NCBI RefSeq assembly: GCF_963921235.1
Contig: NC_086100.1
Span: 200,758,001 to 200,822,000, forward strand
Reading direction: 5' to 3'
Length of the DNA: 64,000 bases
DNA from: Mobula hypostoma
Taxonomy: Eukaryota
The translations under genes were made by a program, and so were the position numbers. Position 1 is the stretch's first letter, and every line of letters begins with the position of its first letter. Shown here in pieces: positions 48,078-58,614 of this stretch. The notes beneath the pieces were generated by a model. The model did no database searches. It was not told the DNA's origin and worked only from the letters and a program-made list of their open reading frames with translations.

Positions 48078-48228
48078 CCAGGTCGTTGAATGGTCCCACA
48101 AGGTAAAGGAAGTGGTACTCGCTCAGGTAATTGTCCGTGTAGTCCTTGGCCCACACATCCTTCATATTAGCTGCCATATTCCTGAGGCATAAGTGCTTCA
48201 GGGTCTGCGGCCTCTGCCTCCTTGGCAT
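48078..48228 (-). CDS. Host LRR gene, first coding exon (exon 2 spans 48256-48078); BC-box-like N-terminus
   Basis: Acceptor ttcatctttcAG| at 48257/48256; ATG at 48228; MPRRQRPQTLKHLCLRNMAANMKDVWAKDYTDNYLSEYHFLYLVGPFNDL; donor CTGG|GTAAAG at 48078/48077, phase 1. Non-repetitive sequence. Confidence 0.85.
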
Positions 48229-49069
48229 GATGTGGCTTCACACCTGCTCCAGGTACCTGAAAGATGAAGATAACCTTCATTTGTCACAGAAACATGTACA
48301 TTGAAACAGAGTGGATATGTTGTTTGACCTAGGGATGTGCTGGGGACAACCCACAAGTGTTGCCACACATTCTGGGGACAACTCAGCATGTCTGCAAACA
48401 ACAGCAAATCAAGCCCAATTTCTCCAGCCCTCCCACCCACACTTACACATCGTCCTCCAACCCCAGGACTGGCCACATTGGCATCCAGCCTCCAGTGGAC
48501 TCGGACACTAGGCCACCATCTTCCCCAGCAGACTCTTGGCAGCACCCTCGAGCCTCCTCTTCCAGACTTCAATCAACATTTTGACCTTTGATCGTTGGTT
48601 TCAAACCCAGGACTCGCTGATGACAAAGAATGAGAACTCCAGGCCTCAAACTTTGGACTCACTGATGATGGGACCTCGAACGTTAGACCTTAAACTTCAG
48701 TCTTCCCGACTTAGGGGGTCACAACCGTTCCTGCATCCTGCCCAATCACAGAATCTGCCAAAGACTCACTGACCCGGTGAGGAGGTGGGTAACCAGCCTG
48801 TGTTCTTGCAGGTCTGCGTTCATAAACATTGCACATTGAAGTACAAAAACATTCCATGAAATGTGGCATGGCGTCAATGACCACAGTGAGAGTCTGGGGC
48901 AGCCCACCAGTGTCACCACACTTCCAATGCCACCATGGTATGCCTATTACTTACAACAACCTAACCCGTATGTGGGAGGAAATGAAAGCTTCACAGTCAC
49001 AGGATGAATGGAGAGCGTCCTTACAGAAGTGACCGTAATTGAACCCTGATCTTAAAGGTGTACCACAAA

Positions 49070-51970
49070 ACCATAAGATATAGGAGCAGGAATAGGCTAT
49101 TCATCCCATCGAGTCTGCTCCACCGTTCAATCATGGGCTGATCCAATCCTTCCAGTCATCCCCACTCCCCTGTCTTCTCCCCATACCCTTTGATGCCCTG
49201 GCTAATCAAGAACCTATCTATCTCTGCCTTAAATACTCCCAATGACTTGGCCTCCACAGCCGCTTCTGGCAACAAATTCCACAGATTTACCACCCTCTGA
49301 CTAAAGTAATTTCTCTGCATCTCTGTTCTAAATGGATGTCCTTCAATCCTGAAGTTGTGCTCTCTTGTTCTAGACTCCCCTACCATGGGAAATAACTTTG
49401 CCATATCTAATCTGTTCAGGCCTTTAACATTTGGAATGTTTCAATGAGATCCTCTCTTATTCTTCTGAACTCCAGGGAATACAGCCCAAGAGCTGCCAGA
49501 TGTTCCTCATTCAGTACTCCTTTTATTCCTGGAATCATTCTCGTGAATCTTCTCTGAACCCTCTCCAATGTCAGTATATCCTTTCTAAAATAAGGAGCCC
49601 AAAACTGCACACAATACTCCAAGTGTGGGCTCACAAGTACCTTATAGAGCCTCAACATCACATCCCTGCTCTTATATTCTATAACTCTAGAAATGAATGC
49701 CAACATTGCATTCACCTTCTTCACCACTGACTCGCCCTGGAGGTTAACCTTTTGGGTATCTTGCACAAGGACTCCCAAGTCCCCTTGCATTTCTGCATTT
49801 TGAATTCTCTCCCCATCTAAATAATAGTCTGCCCATTTATTTCTTCCACCAAAGTGCATGACCATACACTTTCCAACATTGTATTTCATTTACCATGTCC
49901 TTGTCCATTCCCCTAAACTATCTAAGTCTCTGTTTCCTCAACACTACCAACTCCTCCACCTATCTTTGTATCATCAGCAAATTTAGCCACAAATCCATTA
50001 ATCCATAGTCCAAATCATCGGCAAAAGCAGCGGTCCCAACACCAACTGCTGTGGAATTACACTGGTAACCGGCAGCCGGCCATAATAGGATCCCTTATTC
50101 CCACTCTGTTTTCTGCCTATCAGCCAATGCTCCACCCATGTTAGTACCACCCTGTAATTCCAGGGGCTCTTATCTTGCTATGCGGCACCTTCTCAAAGGC
50201 CTTCTGAAAATCCAAGTACACCACGTCTACTGCATCTCCTTTGTCTACCCTGCTTGTAATTTCCTCAAAAAATTGCAGTAGATTAGTCAGGCAGGATTTT
50301 CCTTTCAGGAAACCATGCTGGCTTTGGCCTATGTTGTCATGTGCCTCCAGGTACTCTGTAATCTCATTCCTAACAATCGATCCCAACCACTGATGTCAGA
50401 CTAACAGATATATAGTTTCCTTTCTGCGGCCTCCCACCCTTCTTAAATAGCGGAGTAACATTTGTGATTTTCCAGTCACCTGGTACAATGCCAGAATCCA
50501 TCGATTCTTGAAAGATCACCATTAATGCCTCCGCAAGCTCTCCAGCTACTTCCTTCAGAACCCAAGGGTGCATTCCATCAGGTCCAGGAGATTTATCCAC
50601 CCTCAGACCGTTAAGTTTCCTGAGCAACTTCCCGGTTGTAATTTTCACTGCACGTACTCACTTCCCTGACACTCTTGAATGTCCGGTATACTGCAGACGT
50701 CTTCCACGGTGAAGATAAATTCAAAATGTGCATTCAGTTCCTCTGCCATCTCTGCATCTCTCATTGCAATATCTCCAGCATAATTTTCTATTGGTCCTAT
50801 ATCTACCCTCAACTCTCTTTTACCCTATATATACTTAAAAAAGCTTTTAGTATCTTTTTTGATATTAGTTGCCAGCTTCCTTTCATAATTCATCTTTTCC
50901 TTCCTAATGACCACCTTCGCTTCCTTCTGCATGTTTTTAAAAGCTTCCCAATCCTCTATCTTCCCACTAGCTTTGGCTTCCTTGTATGCCCTCTCTTTCG
51001 TTTTTACTTTGGCTCTGACTTCACTTGTCAGCCACGGTAGTGTCCTTCTTGCATTCGAAAATTTCTTCTTATTTAGAATATATCTTTCACTTCCCTCATT
51101 TTTTGCAGAAACTCCAGCCATTACTGCTCTGCTGTCCTTCTGCTAGTGTCCCTTTCCAGTCAACTTTGGCCAGTTCCCCTCTCATGCCATTGTAATTTCC
51201 TTTATTCCACTGAAATACCGACGCATTAGAATTTAGTTACTCCTTTTCAATTTTCAAAGTGAACTTGATCATATTGTGATCACTGTTCCCTAAGGGTTCC
51301 TTAACCTTAAGTTCTCTTATCACCTCCGGATCATTGCACAACACCCAATCCAGCATAGCTGATCCCCTAGCGGGCTCAACAACAAGCTGTTCTAAAAAGC
51401 CATCCCTTAGACATTCTGCAAATTCTCTCTCTTAGGTCCAGTAGTGGCCTGGTTTTCCCAATCCAGTTTCACGTTAAAATCTGCAATGATTATCATGACA
51501 TTGCCCTTCTGACACGCCTTTTCTATTTCCTGCTGTAAATTGTAATCCACATCCCAGCTGCTGTTTGGAGGCTTGTATACAACTGCCATTAGTGTCCTTT
51601 TACCCTTGTCATTTCTTAACTCAACCCATAGAGACTCTTAACCTCCCATCCCTTTCTAATGATTTAATATTATTTCTTATACACAGGGCCACACCCCCCT
51701 CCCTCTGCCGACTAACCTATCTTTCCAATACACCGTAGATCCAATGGCAGTCATCCTTTAGTCAAGTTTCAGAGATGGCCACAACATTAGAATTGCAAAC
51801 CTGTAGCTGAATTTCAAGATCATCCATTTTATCTCTTATGCTGCATGCGTTCAATTGTAGCACTTTCAGTCCAGTATTTGTTGCTTTCTGTTTTAACTGC
51901 ATCATGCCTCATTTCCCTGTAACTCATCCCACTGGCCATGATTATGACTCATTTCCTGCCCGTCCTTTCT
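49070..51970 (-). mobile_element. Decayed CR1 ORF2
   Basis: APE (YKPPNS, ADFN) through RT to the 3' tail accataagat. Confidence 0.88.
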
Positions 51971-51974
51971 ATTA

Positions 51975-54525
51975 TCCTCCATTCCTTTCATGTCCATATA
52001 GCTGTCCAATTTAACTTTAAACGACAACATTGAACCTGCCTCTACCACTTCTGCTGGAAGCTCGTTCCACACAGCTACCACTCTCTGAGTAAAGAAGTTC
52101 CCCCTCATGTTACCCCTAAACTTTTGCCCTTTAACTCTCAACTCATGTCCTCTTGTTTGAATCTCCCCCACTCTCAATGGAAAAAGCCTATCCACGTCAA
52201 CTCTATCTATCCCCCTCATAATTTTAAACACCTCTATCAAGTCCCCCCTCAACCTTCTACTTTCCAAAGAATAAAGACACAACTTGTTCAACCTTTCTCT
52301 GTAACTTGGGTGATGAAACCCAGGTAACATTCTAGTCAATCTTCTCTGTACTCTCTCTATTTTGTTGGCATCTTTCCTATAATTCAGTGACCAAAACTGT
52401 ATACAATACTCCAAATTTGGCCTCACCAATGCCTTGTACAATTTCAACATTACATCTCAACCCCTATACTCAATGCTCTGATTTATAAAGGCCAGCATAC
52501 CAAAAGCTTTCTTCACCACCCTATCCACATGAGATTCCACCTTCAGGGAACTATGCAACATTATTCCTCGATCCCTCTGTTCTACTGCATTCTTCAATGC
52601 CCTACCATTTACCATGTATGTCCTATTTTGATTAGTCCTACCAAAATGTAGCACCTCACATTTATCAGCATTAAACTCCATCTGCCATCTTTTAGCCCAC
52701 TCTTCTAACTGGCCTAAATCTCTCTGCAAGCTTTGAAAACCTACTTCATTATCCACAACTCCACCTATCTTAGTATCATCTGCATACTTACTCATCCAAT
52801 TTACCACCCCATCATCCAGATCATTAATGTATATGACAAACAACATTGGATCCAGTACAGATCCCTGAGGCACACCACTAGTCACCGGCCTTCAAAGTGA
52901 CAAACAGTTATCCACCACTACTCTCTGGCGTCTCCCATCCAGCCACTGTTGAATCCATTTTACTACTTTAATATTAATACCCAACGATTGAACCTTCCTA
53001 ACCAAGCTTCCGTGTGGAACCTTGTCAAAGGCCTCACTGAAGTCCATATAGGCAACATCCACCGCTTTACCCTCGTCAACTTTCCTAGTAACCTCTTCAA
53101 AAAATTCAATAAGATTTGTCAAACATGACCTTCCACGCACAAATCCACATTGACTGTTCCTAATCAGACCCTGTCTATCCAGATAATTATATATACCATC
53201 TCTAAGAATATTTTCCATCAATTTACCCACCATTGATGTCAAACTCACAGGCCGATAATTGCTAGATTTACACTTAGATCCCTTTTTAAACAGTGGAACA
53301 ACATGAGCAATACGCCAATCCTCCAGCACCGTCCCCATTTCTAATGACATTTGAAATATTTCTGTCAGAGCCCCTGCTATTTCCACACTAACTTCCCTCA
53401 AGGTCCTAGGGAATATCCTGTCAGGACCCGGAGACTTATCCACTTTTATATTCCTTAAAAGGAATAAAGTTCCTTTAAGTTTTAAGTTTTAAGTTTTAAG
53501 TTCCTCGGGGTCAATATCACAAATGACCTGACTTGGTCCAACCAAGCAGAGTTCACTGCTAAGAAGGCCCACCAGCGCCTTTACTTCCTGAGAAAACTAC
53601 AGAAATTTGGCCTGTCCCCTAAAACCCTCACTAATTTTTATAGATGCACCGTAGAAAGCATTCTTCTAGGGTGCATCACAACCTGGTATGGAAGTTGTCC
53701 TGTCCAAGACCGAAAGAAGCTGCAGAAGATTGTGAACACGGTGCAGCACATCACACAAACCAATCTTCCGTCTGTGGACTCACTTTACATCGCATGCTGT
53801 CGGAGCAGTGCTGCCAGGATAATCAAGGACACGACCCACCCAGCCAACACACTTTTCGTCCCTCTTCCCTCCGGGAGAAGGCTCAGGAGCTTGAAGAGTC
53901 GTACAGCTAGATTTGGGAACAGCTTCTTTCCAACTGTGATAAGACTGCTGAACGGATCCTGACCCGGATCTGGGTCGTACCCTCCAAATATCCGGACCTG
54001 CCTCTCAGTTTTTTTGCATTACCTTACTTCCTATTTTTCTATTTATGATTTATAATTTAATTTTTTAATATTTACTCATTTTAACTATTTTAATATTTAA
54101 TATTTGTAATCCAGGGAGTGGGAAACACAGAATCAAATATCACTGTGATGATTGTACGTTCTAGTACCAATTGTTTGGCGACAATAAAGTATAAAAGCTC
54201 CAGTACCTCCTCTTCTTTAATCATCATAGTTTCCATAACTCCCTACCTGTTTGCCTTACCTTACACAATTCAATATCCTTCTCCTTAGTGAGTACCGAAG
54301 AAAAGAAATTGTTCAAAATCTCCCCCATTTCTTTTGGCTCCACACATAGCCATCCACTCTGATTCTCTAAGGGACCAATTTTATCCCTCACTATCCTTTT
54401 GCTATTAATATAACTGTAGAAACCCTTGGGATTTATTTTCACCCTACTTGCCAAAGCAACCTCACGTCTTCTTTTAGCTTTTCTAACTTCTTTCTTAAGA
54501 TTCTTTTTACATTTTTTATATTCCT
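51975..54525 (-). mobile_element. CR1 ORF2 fragment highly similar to the 41014-45225 copy
   Basis: ORFs 51902-52450, 52457-52885, 52892-53443, 54224-54454. Confidence 0.9.
53462..54191 (+). mobile_element. L2/Rex1-type LINE 3' fragment nested in the CR1
   Basis: FKFLGVNITNDLTW...KKAHQRLYFLR...GNSFFP; tail gacaataaagta; TSD taaaag at 53456-53461 and 54192-54197. Confidence 0.85.
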
Positions 54526-55303
54526 CAGAGCCATCAAACGCTCCTTATATGTTAACCCTTTCATTCCCGGAATCATTCTCATGATCCTCTCCAATGCTAA
54601 CACGTTTACTTCGACGAGGGGCCCAAAACTGCACACAGTACTCAAAAAGTGTGGATAGCCAGAGGCTTTTCCCCAGGGCTGAAATGGCTAGCATAAGGGG
54701 CATAGTTTTAAGGTCGTTGGAAGTAGGTACAAGGGGGATGTCGGAGGTAAGTTTTTCCACAGAGAGTGGTGGGTATGTGGAATGCACTGTCAGTGATAGA
54801 GGCAGATACAACAGGGTCTTTTAAGAGACTTTTACATAGGTACATGGAGCTTAGAAAAATAGAGGGCTATGCGATAGGGAAATTCTAGCCAGGGTCTAGA
54901 ATAGGTTACGCGGTCGGCACAACATTGTGGGCTGAAGGGCCTGTAATGTGCTATAGATTTCTGTTTCTAATATCAATGCCTCAGTATTACATCCGTGCTT
55001 TATTCTAATGAATCCAACAGTGCATTATATTTCTTTATGTTTCATGTAAATGCCCTCAAGAAAATGAATTTCGAGGAAGTAGATAGTAATTATGTACGTA
55101 CTTGATCATAAATTTACTTTGAGCATTCGAGCTTTGGTGGCGAGAAGCCAGTACCAGGAGTGGTGTGGGGCGGAGGCCAATAAACCTGTGGGGTCCACGG
55201 GAGCCCCGATGGGTCGGGTCGGATCAGGCCAGGAGTTCCCCCCACACACATACACAAAGCTCCCTGAGAAATGCCGTACGAACCCCGCTCCCCAGCACCT
55301 CAC

Positions 55304-55350
55304 CTGCCGCACCCTCCCTCGCCGCAGCTCCTTCCGGTCCGGTCCGGTCC
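55304..55350 (-). other. Probable non-coding exon 1 of the LRR gene
   Basis: Strong donor CAG|GTGAGG at 55304/55303 just downstream (minus strand) of a GC box and CCAAT boxes in the only CpG-rich non-repeat patch upstream of exon 2; the TSS position is approximate. Confidence 0.6.
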
Positions 55351-55600
55351 GGCCCGGCCGACTGGGCCCCGCCTCCCTCCCCCATTGGCTGCAATCCCTG
55401 TCGCCATTCCCTACACCTCTTCCGGTTGGTTAAACGCCGGCTGTGATTGCACATTTCCCCGCCTTCTCAGTTGTACCGTGCTCCGATTGGCTATTCTATC
55501 AGCACCCGCCCAAGTTGCAGTCCAATCAGATGGTCGGCCTGGCACGAGACAGCGAGTTGCGCGAGGTACCCCAAATTCTAGATGACGTAATTGCTACTTT
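55325..55600 (-). promoter_or_regulatory. TATA-less CpG-rich promoter
   Basis: ETS motif CCGGAAG (55331-55337 and ~55420), GC box GGAGGCGGGG (55367-55376), CCAAT boxes at 55384-55388 and 55486-55490 (minus) and 55522-55526 (plus), CRE/ATF-like TGACGTAA (55583-55590). Confidence 0.7.
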
Positions 55601-56159
55601 CCCTCTCCGCCACGAACTGTTCAAAGTTCAAGGTAAATTTATCATCATTGTACGAATTCCCTGAGATCATTTTCTTGCACGCATTCACAATAGAACACAA
55701 ACTAATCAATGAAGATTGACGACCAACGTGCAATTAATTCTTACTGAGAATTAGTGGTTGAGACCTTGAAAGTGAGTCCAGACCGTGGAATCAGTTCTGA
55801 CTCGAGGCTGTTCTCGATACTTATTGCTCATATGTTATTATAATGTTATATTTTTCTCGGCTGAAGCTCTAAATCCTAGCCAAGCACACTCGTTCCTCAA
55901 TTGCTCGGGATTTTCGGACTCTACTAGCGGTGTTTGGTATCGTGGCTTTCTGGAGAAAGGAGAAGCACTACACTCACTTGACTATCCATTGAGATGTTCC
56001 CACAACCAGTGATCTCATTTTAAAGACTCTTTATCTTGCGATTTCATGTTCTCATTATTTGTTGCTATGTCGGCCTAATGCTATTGTCTAGTGACTTCGG
56101 AATGATACCAGCTGTAGATATTACTTATCTACACTTGTGTGTAGAGCAGTGTGCTTAGC

Positions 56160-58465
56160 TCTCACTCAAAGCCAGGCAGACCAAGGAAATGATTGTAGAC
56201 TTCAGGAGAGGGAAACCAGAGGTCCATGAGCCAGTAATCGTCAGAGGTGGAGAGGGTCAGTAATTTTAAATTGCTGGGTGTTCCTATCGCAGAGGACCTG
56301 TCCCGGACTCAGCATGTAGATGTAATTGTGAAGAAAGCCTGGCAGCGCCTCTTTTTCTTTCAGCAAGGAGATAACGCTGAGCCTTTGTAAGACACTAGTC
56401 TGGTGTGTCTTAGAGTATTGTCAACAGTTTTGGGCCCCATATCTCAGAAAGGATGTGTTGTCATTGGAGAGAGTCCAGAGAAGGATCACGAGGATGATTC
56501 CAGGAATGGAGGGGTTAATGTATAAGGAAATTTTGGTATCTTTGGGCCTGTACTCATTGGAATTCAGAAGAATGCGGGAGAGATCTCATTGAAACCTACT
56601 GAATGTTGAAAGAGCTAGATAGGGTGGATGTGGAGAGGATGTTTTCTAGGGTAGGGTATCCAGAACTAGAGGGCACATCAGTGTAGATACGTTCCAATGA
56701 GACATGGAAAGGATGGTAAGGTACATGAACCGTGGTGTACATAGGCAGTTGTAAATCTAGTCAAGAAGAAGAGCTTACGAAAGGTTCAGAAAACTAGGTA
56801 ATGATAGAGATCTAGAAGATTATAAGGCTAGCAGGAAGGAGCTTAAGAATGAAATGAGGAGAGCCAGAAGGGGCCATGAGAAGGCCTTGGCGGACAGGAT
56901 TAAGGAAAATCCCAAGGCATTCCACAAGTATGTGAAGAGGAGGAGGATAAGACGTGAGAGAATAAGACCAATCAAGTGTGACAGTGGAAAAGTGTGTGTG
57001 GAACCGGAGGAGATGGCAGAGGTACTTAATGAATACTTTTCTTCAGTATTCACTACGGAAAAGGATCTTGGTGATTGTAGTGATGACTAGCAGCAGACTG
57101 AAAAGCTTGAGCATGTAGATATGAAGAAAGAGGATGTGCTGGAGCTTTTGGAAAGCATCAGTGAGGACGGGAGAAGTTCCAGAGGATTGGAGGGTTGCGG
57201 ATGTTGTTCCATTATTCAAGAAAGGGAGTAGGGATACCCCAGGAAATTATAGACCAATGAGTCTTACTTCAGTGGTTAGTAAGTTGATGAAGAAGATCCT
57301 GAGAAGCAGGATTTATGAACATTTGGAGAGGCATAATATGATTAGGAATAGTCAACATGGCTTTGTCAAAGGCAGGTCGTGCCTTATGAACCTGATTGAA
57401 TTTTTTGAGGGCAAAGAGTGGTTGTAGACGGGTCATATTCTGCATGGAGGTTGGTCACCAGTGGAGTGCCTCAGGGATCTGTTCTGGGACCCTTACTCTT
57501 TGTGATTTTTATAAATGACCTAGATGAGGAAGTAGAGGGATGGGTCAGTAAATTTGCCGATGACACAAAGGTTAGCGGTGTTGTGGATAGCGTGGAGGGC
57601 TGTCAGAGGTTACAGTGGGACACTGATAGGATGCAAAACTGGGCTGAGAAGTGGCAAATGGAGTTCAACCCAGATAAGTGTGAGATAGTTCATTTTGGTT
57701 GGTCAAATATGATGACAGAATATAGCATTAATGGCAAGACTCTTGGCAGTGTGGAGGATCAGAGGGATCTTGGGGTCCGAGTCCATAGGACAGTCAAAGC
57801 TGCTACGCAGGTTGACTCTGTGGTTAAGAAGTCATATGGTGTATTGGTCTTCATCAATCGTGGAATTGAGTTAAGGAGCTGAGAAGTAATGTTGCAGCTA
57901 TATAGGACCCTGGTCAGACCCCACTTGGAGTACTGTGCTCAGTTCTGGTCACCTCACTACAGGAAGGATGTGGAAACCATAGAAAGGGTGCAGAGGAGAT
58001 TTACAAGGATATTGCCTGGATTGTGGAGCATGCCTTATGAGAATAGGTTGAGTGAACTCGGCCTTTTCTCCTTGGAGCGACGGAGGATGAGAGGTGACCT
58101 GATAGAGGTGTAGAAGATGATGAGAGGTATTGATCATGTGGATAATTACAGGTTTTTTCCCAGGACTGGAATGGCTAGCACAAGTGGGCATAATTTTAAG
58201 GTGCTTGGAAGTAGTTACAGAGGAGATGTCAGGAGTAAGTTTTTTACGCAGAGAGTGGTGAGTGCGTGGAATGGGCTGCCAGTGACGGTGGTGGAGGCGG
58301 ATACGATAGGGTCTTTTAAGAGACTCCTGGATAGGTACATGGAGCTTAGAAAAATAGAGGGCTATGGGTAAGCCTAGGTAGTTCTAAGGCAAGTACATGT
58401 TCAGCACAGCTTTGTGGGCCGAAGGGCCTGTATTGTGCTGTAGGCTTTTTTTTCTGTGTTTCTAT
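56160..58465 (+). mobile_element. L2-type fragment (~56160-56360) followed by CR1 fragments (56360-56680, 56680-58465)
   Basis: RT motifs PQGSVLGP, FADDTK; internal deletions at ~57160 and ~57410; 3' tail at ~58450. Confidence 0.85.
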
Positions 58466-58614
58466 GCAGCTTTTGGAGACTCAGGCCTAGCTGATGACTA
58501 TAGACATGGCACAAATTGTTATGAGGGACAGGAAGGGGTAATTTCTCTATCAGGGAGGCTAGTTTTTGGACCGGGGATTCGCCGCAAAGTTATTTTACAA
58601 TCCAGACAGCAGGA

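Noticed and set aside
30992..48228. Assigning the symbol AMN1 or an FBXL name
   Set aside because: Similarity is limited to general motifs recalled from memory; length and C-terminus differ and no F-box is clearly identifiable.
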